From: Eledone cirrhosa
Lineage: Eukaryota
DNA: 64,000 nucleotides
NCBI GenBank assembly: GCA_964016885.1
Contig: OZ024743.1
Location: 21,700,001-21,764,000 of the forward strand
Direction: 5' to 3'
Part shown: positions 23,701 through 39,012 of the stretch, piece by piece
Numbering within the stretch: position 1 is the stretch's first letter
How the letters are laid out: each line of letters starts with the position of its first letter
The notes under the pieces: model-generated
What the model was told of the DNA's origin: nothing
Seen by the model: the letters and a program-made list of their open reading frames with translations, nothing else
The model's database searches: none
Program-made: the position numbers and the translations under genes

Positions 23701-26700
23701 CAGACTGGCAGAGTAATAGTATAGTCATAGATCTACTATAGCAGAAGGTGGCAGACTGGCAGAGTAATAGTATAGTCATAGATCTACTATAGCTGAAGGT
23801 GGCAGACTGGCAGAGTAATAGTATAGTCATAGATCTACTATAGCTGAAGGTGGCAGACTGGCAGAGTAATAGTATAGTCATAGATCTACTATAGCAGAAG
23901 GTGGCAGACTGGCAGAGTAATAGTATAGTCATAGATCTACTATAGCAGAAGGTGGCAGACTGGCAGAGTAATAGTATAGTCATAGATCTACTATAGCTGA
24001 AGCTGGCAGACTGGCAGAGTAATAGTATAGTCATAGATCTACTATAGCAGAAGGTGGCAGACTGGCAGAGTAATAGTATAGTCATAGATCTACTATAGCT
24101 GAAGCTGGCAGATTAGCAAAGTAATAGTATAGTCATAGATCTACTATAGCTGAAGGTAGCAGACTGGCAGAGTAATAGTATAGTCATAGATCTATATAGC
24201 TGAAGGTGGCAGACTGGCAGAGTAATAGTATAGTCATAGATCTACTATAACTGAAGCTGGCAGACTGGCAGAGTAATAGTATAGTCATAGATCTACAATA
24301 GCTGAAGGTGGCAGACTGGCAGAGTAATAGTATAGTCATAGATCTACTATAGCTGAAAGTGGCAGACTGGCAGAGTAATAGTATAGTCATAGATCTACTA
24401 TAGCTGAATGTGGCAGACAGGCAGAGTAATAATATAGTCATAGATCTACAATAGCTGAAGCTGGCAGACTGGCAGAGTAATAGTATAGTCATAGATCTAC
24501 TATAGCTGAAGCTGGCAGACTGGCAGAGTAATAGTATAGTCATAGATCTACTATAGCTGAAGGTGGCAGATTAGCAGAGTAATAGTATAGTCATAGATCT
24601 ACTATAGCTGAAGGTGGCAGACTGGCAGAGTAATAGTATAGTCATAGATCTACTATAGCTGAAGCTGGCAGACTGGCAGAGTAATAGTATAGTCATAGAT
24701 CTACTATAGCTGAAGGTGGCAGACTGGTAGAGTAATAGTATAGTCATAGATCTACTATAGCTGAAGGTGGCTGACTGGCAGAGTAATAGTATAGTCATAG
24801 ATCTACTATAGCTGAAGGTGGCAGACTGGCAGAGTAATAGTATAGTCATAGATCTACTATAGCTGAAGGTGGCAGACTGGCAGATTAATAGTATAGTCAT
24901 AGATCTACTATAGCTGAAGGTGGCAGACTGGCAGAGTAATAGTATAGCCATAGATCTACTATAGCTGAAAGTGGCAGATTAGCAGAGTAATAGTATAGTC
25001 ATAGATCTACTATAGCTGAAGGTGGCAGATTAGCAGAGTAATAGTATAGTCATAGATCTACTATAGCTGAAGGTGGCAGACTGGCAGAGTAATAGTATAG
25101 TCATAGATCTACTATAGCTGAAAGTGGCAGACTGGCAGAGTAATAGTATAGTCATAGATCTACTATAGCTGAAGGTGGCAGACTGGCAGAGTAATAGTAT
25201 AGTCATAAATCTACTATAGCTGAAGGTGGCAGACTGGCAGAGTAATAGTATAGTCATAGATCTACTAGAGCAGAAGGTGGCAGACTGGCAGAGTAATAGT
25301 ATAGTCATAGATCTACTATAGCTGAAGCTGGCAGACTAGCAAAGTAATAGTATAGTCATAGATCTACTATAGCTGAAGGTAGCAGACTGGCAGAGTAATA
25401 GTATAGTCATAGATCTATATAGCTGAAGGTGGCAGACTGGCAGAGTAATAGTATAGTCATAGATCTACTATAGCTGAAGCTGGCAGACTGGCAGAGTAAT
25501 AGTATAGTCATAGATCTACAATAGCTGAAGGTGGCAGACTGGCAGAGTAATAGTATAGTCATAGATCTACTATAGCTGAAAGTGGCAGACTGGCAGAGTA
25601 ATAGTATAGTCATAGATCTACTATAGCTGAATGTGGCAGACTGGCAGAGTAATAATATAGTCATAGATCTACAATAGCCGAAGCTGGCAGACTAGCAGAG
25701 TAATAGTATAGTCATAGATCTACTATAGCTGAAGCTGGCAGACTGGCAGAGTAATAGTATAGTCATAGATCTACTATAGCTGAAGGTGGCAGATTAGCAG
25801 AGTAATAGTATAGTCATAGATCTACTATAGCTGAAGGTGGCAGACTGGCAGAGTAATAGTATAGTCATAGATCTACTATAGCTGAAGCTGGCAGACTGGC
25901 AGAGTAATAGTATAGTCATAGATCTACTATAGCTGAAGGTGGCAGATTAGCAGAGTAATAGTATAGTCATAGATCTACTATAGCTGAAGGTGGCAGACTG
26001 GTAGAGTAATAGTATAGTCATAGATCTACTATAGCTGAAGGTGGCTGACTGGCAGAGTAATAGTATAGTCATAGATCTACTATAGCAGAAGGTGGCAGAC
26101 TGGCAGAGTAATAGTATAGTCATAGATCTACTATAGCTGAAGGTGGCTGACTGGCAGAGTAATAGTATAGTCATAGATCTACTATAACAGAAGGTGCCAG
26201 ACTGGCAGAGTAATAGTATAGTCATAGATCTACTATAGCTGAAGCTGGCAGATTAGGAAAGTAATAGTATAGTCATAGATCTACTATAGCTGAAGGTGGC
26301 TGACTGGCAGAGTAATAGTATAGTCATAGATCTACTATAGCTGAAGGTGGCAGATTAGCAGAGTAATAGTATAGTCATAGATCTACTATAGCTGAAGGTG
26401 GCAGATTCGCAGAGTAATAGTATAGTCATAGATCTACTATAGCTGAAGGTGGCAGACAGGCAGAGTAATAGTATAGTCAGAGACCTACTATAGCTGAAGG
26501 TGGCAGATTAGCAAAGTAATAGTATAGTCATAGATCTACTATAGCTGAAGGTGGCAGACTGGCAGAGTAATTGTATAGTCAGAGATCTACTATAGCTGAA
26601 GCTGGCAGACTGGCAGAGTAATAGAATAGTCATAGATCTACTATAGCTGAAGGTGGCAGATTAGCAGAGTAATAGTATAGTCATAGATCTACTATAGCTG

Positions 26701-29700
26701 AAGGTGGCAGACTGACAGAGTAATAGTATAGTCATAGATCTACTATAGCTGAAGGTGGCAGACTGGCAGAGTAATAGTATAGTCATAGATCTACTTCAGC
26801 TGAAGGTGGCAGACTGGCAGAGTAATAGTATAGTCATAGATCTACTATAGTTGAAGGTGGCAGATTAGCAGAGTAATAGTATAGTCATAGATCTACTATA
26901 GATGAAGGTGGCAGATTAGCAGAGTAATAGTATAGTCATAGATCTACTATAGCTGAAGGTGGCAGATTAGCAGAGTAATAGTATAGTCATAGATCTACTA
27001 TAGTTGAAGGTGGCAGATTAGCAGAGTAATAGTATAGTCATAGATCTACTATAGTTGAAGGTGGCAGATTAGCAGAGTAATAGTATAGTCATAGATCTAC
27101 TATAGTTGAAGGTGGCAGATTAGCAGAGTAATAGTATAGTCATAGAATTACTATAGCTGAAGGTAGCAGATTAGCAGAGTAATAGTATAGTCATAGATCT
27201 ACTATAGCTGAAGGTGGCAGACTGGCAGAGTAATAGTATAGTCATAGATCTACTATAGCTGAAGGTGGCAGACTGGCAGAGTAATAGTATAGTCATAGAT
27301 CTACTATAGCTGAAGGTGGCAGACTGGCAGATTAATAGTATAGTCATAGATCTACTATAGCTGAAGGTGGCAGATTAGCAGAGTAATAGTATAGTCATAG
27401 ATCTACTATAGCTGAAGGTGGCAGATTAGAAGAGTAATAGTATAGTCATAGATCTACTATAGCTGAAGGTGGCAGACTGGCAGAGTAATAGTATAGTCAT
27501 AGATCTACTATAGCTGAAGGTGGCAGATTAGCAGAGTAATAGTAAAGTCATAGATCTACTATAGCTGAAGGTGGCAGATTAGCAGAGTAATAGTATAGTC
27601 ATAGATCTACTATAGCTGAAGGTGGCAGACTGGCAGAGTAATAGTATAGTCATAGATCTACTATAGCTGAAAGTGGCAGACAGGCAGAGTAATAGTATAG
27701 TCATAGATCTACTATAGCTGAAGGTGGCAGACTGGCAGAGTAATAGTATAGTCATAGATCTACTATAGCTGAAGGTGGCAGACTGGCAGAGTAATAGTAT
27801 AGTCATAGATCTACTAGAGCAGAAGGTGGCAGACTGGCAGAGTAATAGTATAGTCATAGATCTACTATAGCTGAAGCTGGCAGACTGGCAGAGTAATAGT
27901 ATAGTCATAGATCTACTATAGCAGAAGGTGGCAGACTGGCAGAGTAATAGTATAGTCATAGATCTACTATAGCTGAAGGTGGCAGACTGGCAGAGTAATA
28001 GTATAGTCATAGATCTACTATAGCTGAAGGTGGCAGACTGGCAGAGTAATAGTATAGTCATAGATCTACTATAGCAGAAGGTGGCAGACTGGCAGAGTAA
28101 TAGTATAGTCATAGATCTACTATAGCTGAAAGTGGCAGACTGGCAGAGTAATAGTATAGTCATAGATCTACTATAGCTGAATGTGGCAGACTGGCAGAGT
28201 AATAATATAGTCATAGATCTACAATAGCCGAAGCTGGCAGACTGGCAGAGTAATAGTATAGTCATAGATCTACTATAGCTGAAGCTGGCAGACTGGCAGA
28301 GTAATAGTATAGTCATAGATCTACTATAGCTGAAGGTGGCAGATTAGCAGAGTAATAGTATAGTCATAGATCTACTATAGCTGAAGGTGGCAGACTGGCA
28401 GAGTAATAGTATAGTCATAGATCTACTATAGCTGAAGCTGGCAGACTGGCAGAGTAATAGTATAGTCATAGATCTACTATAGCTGAAGGTGGCAGATTAG
28501 CAGAGTAATAGTATAGTCATAGATCTACTATAGCTGAAGGTGGCAGATTAGAAGAGTAATAGTATAGTCATAGATCTACTATAGCTGAAGGTGGCAGATT
28601 AGCAGAGTAATAGTATAGTCATAGATCTACTTCAGCTGAAGGTGGCAGACTGGCAGAGTAATAGTATAGTCATAGATCTACTATAGTTGAAGGTGGCAGA
28701 TTAGCAGAGTAATAGTATAGTCATAGATCTACTATAGATGAAGGTGGCAGATTAGCAGAGTAATAGTATAGTCATAGATCTACTATAGCTGAAGGTGGCA
28801 GATTAGCAGAGTAATTGTATAGTCAGAGATCTACTATAGCTGAAGCTGGCAGACTGGCAGAGTAATAGAATAGTCATAGATCTACTATAGCTGAAGGTGG
28901 CAGATTAGCAGAGTAATAGTATAGTCATAGATCTACTATAGCTGAAGGTGGCAGACTGACAGAGTAATAGTATAGTCATAGATCTACTATAGCTGAAGGT
29001 GGCAGACTGGCAGAGTAATAGTATAGTCATAGATCTACTTCAGCTGAAGGTGGCAGACTGGCAGAGTAATAGTATAGTCATAGATCTACTATAGTTGAAG
29101 GTGGCAGATTAGCAGAGTAATAGTATAGTCATAGATCTACTATAGATGAAGGTGGCAGATTAGCAGAGTAATAGTATAGTCATAGATCTACTATAGCTGA
29201 AGGTGGCAGATTAGCAGAGTAATAGTATAGTCATAGATCTACTATAGTTGAAGGTGGCAGATTAGCAGAGTAATAGTATAGTCATAGATCTACTATAGTT
29301 GAAGGTGGCAGATTAGCAGAGTAATAGTATAGTCATAGATCTACTATAGTTGAAGGTGGCAGATTAGCAGAGTAATAGTATAGTCATAGAATTACTATAG
29401 CTGAAGGTAGCAGATTAGCAGAGTAATAGTATAGTCATAGATCTACTATAGCTGAAGGTGGCAGACTGGCAGAGTAATAGTATAGTCATAGATCTACTAT
29501 AGCTGAAGGTGGCAGACTGGCAGAGTAATAGTATAGTCATAGATCTACTATAGCTGAAGGTGGCAGACTGGCAGATTAATAGTATAGTCATAGATCTACT
29601 ATAGCTGAAGGTGGCAGATTAGCAGAGTAATAGTATAGTCATAGATCTACTATAGCTGAAGGTGGCAGATTAGAAGAGTAATAGTATAGTCATAGATCTA

Positions 29701-32700
29701 CTATAGCTGAAGGTGGCAGACTGGCAGAGTAATAGTATAGTCATAGATCTACTATAGCTGAAGGTGGCAGATTAGCAGAGTAATAGTATAGTCATAGATC
29801 TACTATAGCTGAAGGTGGCAGATTAGCAGAGTAATAGTATAGTCATAGATCTACTATAGCTGAAGGTGGCAGACTGGCAGAGTAATAGTATAGTCATAGA
29901 TCTACTATAGCTGAAAGTGGCAGACAGGCAGAGTAATAGTATAGTCATAGATCTACTATAGCTGAAGGTGGCAGACTGGCAGAGTAATAGTATAGTCATA
30001 GATCTACTATAGCTGAAGGTGGCAGACTGGCAGAGTAATAGTATAGTCATAGATCTACTAGAGCAGAAGGTGGCAGACTGGCAGAGTAATAGTATAGTCA
30101 TAGATCTACTATAGCTGAAGCTGGCAGACTGGCAGAGTAATAGTATAGTCATAGATCTACTATAGCAGAAGGTGGCAGACTGGCAGAGTAATAGTATAGT
30201 CATAGATCTACTATAGCTGAAGGTGGCAGACTGGCAGAGTAATAGTATAGTCATAGATCTACTATAGCTGAAGGTGGCAGACTGGCAGAGTAATAGTATA
30301 GTCATAGATCTACTATAGCAGAAGGTGGCAGACTGGCAGAGTAATAGTATAGTCATAGATCTACTATAGCTGAAAGTGGCAGACTGGCAGAGTAATAGTA
30401 TAGTCATAGATCTACTATAGCTGAATGTGGCAGACTGGCAGAGTAATAATATAGTCATAGATCTACAATAGCCGAAGCTGGCAGACTGGCAGAGTAATAG
30501 TATAGTCATAGATCTACTATAGCTGAAGCTGGCAGACTGGCAGAGTAATAGTATAGTCATAGATCTACTATAGCTGAAGGTGGCAGATTAGCAGAGTAAT
30601 AGTATAGTCATAGATCTACTATAGCTGAAGGTGGCAGACTGGCAGAGTAATAGTATAGTCATAGATCTACTATAGCTGAAGCTGGCAGACTGGCAGAGTA
30701 ATAGTATAGTCATAGATCTACTATAGCTGAAGGTGGCAGATTAGCAGAGTAATAGTATAGTCATAGATCTACTATAGCTGAAGGTGGGAGACTGGCAGAG
30801 TAATAGTATAGTCATAGATCTACTATAGCTGAAGCTGGCAGACTGGCAGAGTAATAGTATAGTCATAGATCTACTATAGCTGAAGGTGGCAGACTGGTAG
30901 AGTAATAGTATAGTCATAGATCTACTATAGCTGAAGGTGGCTGACTGGCAGAGTAATAGTATAGTCATAGATCTACTATAGCTGAAGGTGGCAGACTGGC
31001 AGAGTAATAGAATTGTCATAGATCTACTATAGCTGAAGGTGGCAGACTGGGAGAGTAATAGTATAGTCATAGATCTACTATAGCTGAAGGTGGCTGACTG
31101 GCAGAGTAATAGTATAGTCATAGATCTACTATAGCAGAAGGTGGCAGACTGGCAGAGTAATAGTATAGTCATAGATCTACTATAGCTGAAGGTGGCTGAC
31201 TGGCAGAGTAATAGTATAGTCATAGATCTACTATAGCTGAAGGTGGCAGATTAGCAGAGTAATAGTATAGTCATAGATCTACTATAGCTGAAGGTGACAG
31301 ACTGGCAGAGTAATTGTATAGTCAGAGATCTACTATAGCTGAAGCTGGGAGACTGGCAGAGTAATAGTATAGTCAGAGATCTACTATAGCTGAAGGTGGC
31401 AGACAGGCAGAGTAATAGTATAGTCAGAGATCTACTATAGCTGAAGGTGGCAGATTAGCAAAGTAATAGTATAGTCATAGATCTACTATAGCTGAAGGTG
31501 GCAGACTGGCAGAGTAATTGTATAGTCAGAGATCTACTATAGCTGAAGCTGGCAGACTGGCAGAGTAATAGGATAGTCATAGATCTACTATAGCTGAAGG
31601 TGGCAGACTGACAGAGTAATAGTATAGTCATAGATCTACTATAGCTGAAGGTGGCAGACTGGCAGAGTAATAGTATAGTCATAGATCTACTATAGTTGAA
31701 GGTGGCAGATTAGCAGAGTAATAGTATAGTCATAGATCTACTATAGATGAAGGTGGCAGATTAGCAGAGTAATAGTATAGTCATAGATCTACTATAGCTG
31801 AAGGTGGCAGATTAGCAGAGTAATAGTATAGTCATAGATCTACTATAGTTGAAGGTGGCAGATTAGCAGAGTAATAGTATAGTCATAGATCTACTATAGT
31901 TGAAGGTGGCAGATTAGCAGAGTAATAGTATAGTCATAGATCTACTATAGTTGAAGGTGGCAGATTAGCAGAGTAATAGTATAGTCATAGAATTACTATA
32001 GCTGAAGGTGGCAGATTAGCAGAGTAATAGTATAGTCATAGATCTACTATAGCTGAAGGTGGCAGACTGGCAGAGTAATAGTATAGTCATAGATCTACTA
32101 TAGCTGAAGGTGGCAGACTGGCAGAGTAATAGTATAGTCATAGATCTACTATAGCTGAAGGTGGCAGACTGGCAGATTAATAGTATAGTCATAGATCTAC
32201 TATAGCTGAAGGTGGCAGATTAGCAGAGTAATAGTATAGTCATAGATCTACTATAGCTGAAGGTGGCAGATTAGAAGAGTAATAGTATAGTCATATATCT
32301 ACTATAGCTGAAGGTGGCAGACTGGCAGAGTAATAGTATAGTCATAGATCTACTATAGCTGAAGGTGGCAGATTAGCAGAGTAATAGTATAGTCATAGAT
32401 CTACTATAGCTGAAGGTGGCAGACTGGCAGAGTAATAGTATAGTCATAGATCTACTATAGCCGAAGGTGGCTGACTGGCAAAGTAATAGTATAGTCATAG
32501 ATCTACTATAGCTGAAGCTGGCAGATTAGCAGAGTAATAGTATAGTCATAGATCTACTATAGCTGAAGGTGGCAGATTAGCAGAGTAATAGTATAGTCAT
32601 AGATCTACTATAGCTGAAGGTGGCAGACTGGCAGAGTAATAGTATAGTCATAGATCTACTATAGCTGAAAGTGGCAGACTGGCAGAGTAATAGTATAGTC

Positions 32701-35700
32701 ATAGATCTACTATAGCTGAAGGTGGCAGACTGGCAGAGTAATAGTATAGTCATAGATCTACTATAGCTGAAGGTGGCAGACTGGCAGAGTAATAGTATAG
32801 TCATAGATCTACTAGAGCAGAAGGTGGCAGACTGGCAGAGTAATAGTATAGTCATAGATCTACTATAGCTGAAGCTGGCAGACTGGCAGAGTAATAGTAT
32901 AGTCATAGATCTACTATAGCAGAAGGTGGCAGACTGGCAGAGTAATAGTATAGTCATAGATCTACTATAGCTGAAGGTGGCAGACTGGCAGAGTAATAGT
33001 ATAGTCATAGATCTACTATAGCTGAAGGTGGCAGACTGGCAGAGTAATAGTATAGTCATAGATCTACTATAGCAGAAGGTGGCAGACTGGCAGAGTAATA
33101 GTATAGTCATAGATCTACTATAGCAGAAGGTGGCAGACTGGCAGAGTAATAGTATAGTCATAGATCTACTATAGCTGAAGCTGGCAGATTAGCAAAGTAA
33201 TAGTATAGTCATAGATCTACTATAGCTGAAGGTAGCAGACTGGCAGAGTAATAGTATAGTCATAGATCTATATAGCTGAAGGTGGCAGACTGGCAGAGTA
33301 ATAGTATAGTCATAGATCTACTATAGCTGAAGGTGGCAGACTGGCAGAGTAATAGTATAGTCATAGATCTACTATAGCTGAAGGTGGCAGACTGGCAGAG
33401 TAATAGTATAGTCATAGATCTACTATAGCTGAAGGTGGCAGACTGGCAGAGTAATAGTATAGTCATAGATCTACTATAGCTGAAGGTGGCAGATTAGCAG
33501 AGTAATAGTATAGTCATAGATCTACTATAGCTGAAGGTGGCAGATTAGAAGAGTAATAGTATAGTCATAGATCTACTATAGCTGAAGGTGGCAGACTGGC
33601 AGAGTAATAGTATAGTCATAGATCTACTATAGCTGAAGGTGGCAGATTAGCAGAGTAATAGTATAGTCATAGATCTACTATAGCTGAAGGTGGCAGACTG
33701 GCAGAGTAATAGTATAGTCATAGATCTACTATAGCCGAAGGTGGCTGACTGGCAAAGTAATAGTATAGTCATAGATCTACTATAGTTGAAGGTGGCAGAC
33801 TGGCAGAGTAATAGTATAGTCATAGATCTACTATAGCTGAAAGTGGCAGATTAGCAGAGTAATAGTATAGTCATAGATCTACTATAGCTGAAGGTGGCAG
33901 ATTAGCAGAGTAATAGTATAGTCATAGATCTACTATAGCTGAAGGTGGCAGACTGGCAGAGTAATAGTATAGTCATAGATCTACTATAGCCGAAGGTGGC
34001 TGACTGGCAAAGTAATAGTATAGTCATAGATCTACTATAGCTGAAGCTGGCAGATTAGCAGAGTAATAGTATAGTCATAGATCTACTATAGCTGAAGGTG
34101 GCAGATTAGCAGAGTAATAGTATAGTCATAGATCTACTATAGCTGAAGGTGGCAGACTGGCAGAGTAATAGTATAGTCATAGATCTACTATAGCTGAAAG
34201 TGGCCGACTGGCAGAGTAATAGTATAGTCATAGATCTACTATAGCTGAAGGTGGCAGACTGGCAGAGTAATAGTATAGTCATAGATCTACTATAGCTGAA
34301 GGTGGCAGACTGGCAGAGTAATAGTATAGTCATAGATCTACTAGAGCAGAAGGTGGCAGACTGGCAGAGTAATAGTATAGTCATAGATCTACTATAGCTG
34401 AAGCTGGCAGACTGGCAGAGTAATAGTATAGTCATAGATCTACTATAGCAGAAGGTGGCAGACTGGCAGAGTAATAGTATAGTCATAGATCTACTATAGC
34501 TGAAGGTGGCAGACTGGCAGAGTAATAGTATAGTCATAGATCTACTATAGCTGAAGGTGGCAGACTGGCAGAGTAATAGTATAGTCATAGATCTACTATA
34601 GCAGAAGGTGGCAGACTGGCAGAGTAATAGTATAGTCATAGATCTACTATAGCAGAAGGTGGCAGACTGGCAGAGTAATAGTATAGTCATAGATCTACTA
34701 TAGCTGAAGCTGGCAGATTAGCAAAGTAATAGTATAGTCATAGATCTACTATAGCTGAAGGTAGCAGACTGGCAGAGTAATAGTATAGTCATAGATCTAT
34801 ATAGCTGAAGGTGGCAGATTAGAAGAGTAATAGTATAGTCATAGATCTACTATAGCTGAAGGTGGCAGACTGGCAGAGTAATAGTATAGTCATAGATCTA
34901 CTATAGCTGAAGGTGGCAGACTGGCAGAGTAATAGTATAGTCATAGATCTACTATAGCTGAAGGTGGCAGACTGGCAGAGTAATAGTATAGTCATAGATC
35001 TACTATAGCTGAAGGTGGCAGATTAGCAGAGTAATAGTATAGTCATAGATCTACTATAGCTGAAGGTGGCAGATTAGAAGAGTAATAGTATAGTCATAGA
35101 TCTACTATAGCTGAAGGTGGCAGACTGGCAGAGTAATAGTATAGTCATAGATCTACTATAGCTGAAGGTGGCAGATTAGCAGAGTAATAGTATAGTCATA
35201 GATCTACTATAGCTGAAGGTGGCAGACTGGCAGAGTAATAGTATAGTCATAGATCTACTATAGCCGAAGGTGGCTGACTGGCAAAGTAATAGTATAGTCA
35301 TAGATCTACTATAGTTGAAGGTGGCAGACTGGCAGAGTAATAGTATAGTCATAGATCTACTATAGCTGAAAGTGGCAGATTAGCAGAGTAATAGTATAGT
35401 CATAGATCTACTATAGCTGAAGGTGGCAGATTAGCAGAGTAATAGTATAGTCATAGATCTACTATAGCTGAAGGTGGCAGACTGGCAGAGTAATAGTATA
35501 GTCATAGATCTACTATAGCTGAAGGTGGCAGACTGGCAGAGTAATAGTATAGTCATAGATCTACTATAGCCGAAGGTGGCTGACTGGCAAAGTAATAGTA
35601 TAGTCATAGATCTACTATAGCTGAAGGTGGCAGACTGGCAAAGTAATAGTATAGTCATAGATCTACTATAGCTGAAGGTGGCAGACTGGCAGAGTAATAG

Positions 35701-38700
35701 TATAGTCATAGATCTACTACAGCTGAAGGTGGCAGACTGGCAGAGTAATAGTATAGTCATAGATCTACTACAGCTGAAGGTGGCAGACTGGCAGAGTAAT
35801 AGTATAGTCATAGATCTACTATAGCTGAAGGTGGCAGATTAGCAGAGTAATAGTATAGTCATAGATCTACTATAGCTGAAGGTGGCAGACTGGCAGAGTA
35901 ATAGTATAGTCATAGATCTACTATAGCTGAAGGTGGCAGACTGGCAGAGTAATAGTATAGTCATAGATCTACTATAGCTGAAGGTGGCAGACTGGCAGAG
36001 TAATAGTATAGTCATAGATCTACTATAGCTGAAGGTGGCAGACTGGCAGAGTAATAGTATAGTCATAGATCTACTATAGCTGAAGGTGGCAGACTGGCAG
36101 AGTAATAGTATAGTCATAGATCTACTATAGCTGAAGGTGGCAGACTGGCAGAGTAATAGTATAGTCATAGATCTACTATAGCCGAAGGTGGCAGATTAGA
36201 AGAGTAATAGTATAGTCATAGATCTACTATAGCTGAAGGTGGCAGACTGGCAGAGTAATAGTATAGTCATAGATCTACTATAGCTGAAGGTGACAGACTG
36301 GCAAAGTAATAGTATAGTCATAGATCTACTATAGCTGAAGGTGGCAGACTGGCAGAGTAATAGTATAGTCATAGATCTACTATAGCTGAAGGTGGCTGAC
36401 TGGCAGAGTAATAGTATAGTCATAGATCTACTATAGTTGAAGGTGGCAGACTGGCAGAGTAATAGTATAGTCATAGATCTACTACAGCTGAAGGTGGCAG
36501 ACTGGCAGAGTAATAGTATAGTCATAGATCTACTATAGCTGAAGGTGGCAGCTTAGCAGAGTAATAGTATAGTCATAGATCTACTATAGCTGAAGCTGGT
36601 AGACTGGCAGAGTAATAGTATAGTCATAGATCTACTATAGCTGAAGGTGGCAGACTGGCAGAGTAATAGTATAGTCATAGATCTACTATAGCCGAAGGTG
36701 GCTGACTGGCAAAGTAATAGTATAGTCATAGATCTACTATAGCTGAAGGTGGCAGACTGGCAAAGTAATAGTATAGTCATAGATCTACTATAGCTGAAGG
36801 TGGCAGATTAGCAGAGTAATAGTATAGTCATAGATCTACTATAGCTGAAGGTGGCAGACTGGCAGAGTAATAGTATAGTCATAGATCTACTATAGCTGAA
36901 GGTGGCAGACTGGCAGAGTAATAGTATAGTCATAGATCTACTATAGCTGAAGGTGGCAGACTGGCAAAGTAATAGTATAGTCATAGATCTACTATAGCTG
37001 AAGCTGGCTGACTGGCAGAGTAATAGTATAGTCATAGATCTACTATAGTTGAAGGTGGCAGACTGGCAGAGTAATAGTATAGTCATAGATCTACTATAGC
37101 TGAAGGTGGCAGACTGGCAGAGTAATAGTATAGTCATAGATCTACTATAGCCGAAGGTGGCAGATTAGAAGAGTAATAGTATAGTCATAGATCTACTATA
37201 GCTGAAGGTGGCAGACTGGCAGAGTAATAGTATAGTCATAGATCTACTATAGCTGAAGGTGACAGACTGGCAAAGTAATAGTATAGTCATAGATCTACTA
37301 TAGCTGAAGGTGGCAGACTGGCAGAGTAATAGTATAGTCATAGATCTACTATAGCTGAAGGTGGCTGACTGGCAGAGTAATAGTATAGTCATAGATCTAC
37401 TATAGCTGAAGCTGGTAGACTGGCAGAGTAATAGTATAGTCATAGATCTACTATAGCTGAAGGTGGCAGACTGGCAGAGTAATAGTATAGTCATAGATCT
37501 ACTATAGCTGAAGCTGGTAGACTGGCAGAGTAATAGTATAGTCATAGATCTACTATAGTTGAAGGTGGCAGACTGGCAGAGTAATAGTATAGTCATAGAT
37601 CTACTACAGCTGAAGGTGGCAGACTGGCAGAGTAATAGTATAGTCATAGATCTACTATAGCTGAAGGTGGCCGCTTAGCAGAGTAATAGTATAGTCATAG
37701 ATCTACTATAGCTGAAGCTGGTAGACTGGCAGAGTAATAGTATAGTCATAGATCTACTATAGCTGAAGGTGGCAGACTGGCAGAGTAATAGTATAGTCAT
37801 AGATCTACTATAGCTGAAGGTGGCAGACTGGCAGAGTAATAGTATAGTCATAGATCTACTATAGCTGAAGGTGGCAGACTGGCAGAGTAATAGTATAGTC
37901 ATAGATCTACTACAGCTGAAGGTGGCAGACTGGCAGAGTAATAGTATAGTCATAGATCTACTATAGCTGAAGGTGGCAGACTGGCAGAGTAATAGTATAG
38001 TCATAGATCTACTACAGCTGAAGGTGGCAGACTGGCAGAGTAATAGTATAGTCATAGATCTACTATAGCTGAAGGTGGCAGACTGGCAGAGTAATAGTAT
38101 AGTCATAGATCTACTACAGCTGAAGGTGGCAGACTGGCAGAGTAATAGTATAGTCATAGATCTACTATAGCTGAAGGTGGCAGACTGGCAGAGTAATAGT
38201 ATAGTCATAGATCTACTACAGCTGAAGGTGGCAGACTGGCAGAGTAATAGTATAGTCATAGATCTACTATAGCTGAAGGTGGCAGACTGGCAGAGTAATA
38301 GTATAGTCATAGATCTACTATAGCTGAAGGTGCCAGACTGGCAGAGTAATAGTATAGTCATAGATCTACTACAGCTGAAGGTGGCAGACTGGCAGAGTAA
38401 TAGTATAGTCATAAATCTACTATAGCTGAAGGTGACAGATTAGCAGAGTAATAGTATAGTCATAGATCTACTATAGCTGAAGGTGCCAGACTGGCAGAGT
38501 AATAGTATAGTCATAGATCTACTACAGCTGAAGGTGGCAGACTGGCAGAGTAATAGTATAGCCATAGATCTACTATAGCTGAAGGTGGCAGATTAGCAGA
38601 GTAATAGTATAGTCATAGATCTACTATAGTTGAAGGTGGCAGATTAGCAGAGTAATAGTATAGCCATAGATCTACTATAGCTGAAGGTGGCAGACTGGCA

Positions 38701-39007
38701 GAGTAATAGTAAAGTCATAGATCTACTATAGCTGAAGGTGGCAGACTGGCAGAGTAATAGTATAGTCATAGATCTACTATAGCTGAAGGTGGCCGACTGG
38801 TAGAGTAATAGTATAGTCATAGATCTACTATAGCTGAAGGTGGCAGACTGGTAGAATAATAGTATAGTCATAGATCTACTATAGCTGAAGGTGGCAGACT
38901 GGTAGAGTAATAGTATAGTCATAGATCTACTATAGCTGAAGGTGTCTCACTGGCAGAGTAATAGTATAGTCATAGATCTACTATAGCTGAAGGTGGTAGA
39001 CTGGCAG
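20714..39007. repeat. 51-bp satellite array, ~358 units
   Basis: Consensus TAGTATAGTCATAGATCTACTATAGCTGAAGGTGGCAGA(CTG/TTA)GCAGAGTAA repeated head-to-tail; an AGATCT site in most units. Confidence 0.99.
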
Positions 39008-39012
39008 TGTTA

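Noticed and set aside
21767-38922. Dozens of minus-strand ORFs repeating MTILLLCQSATFSYSRS
   Set aside because: By-product of a 51-bp (17-codon) unit. The common GATTAG variant creates stops and 50-bp units shift frame, so there is no sign of coding constraint.
20714-39007. CRISPR-like array
   Set aside because: No unique spacers; contiguous near-identical monomers; no cas genes; eukaryotic context.
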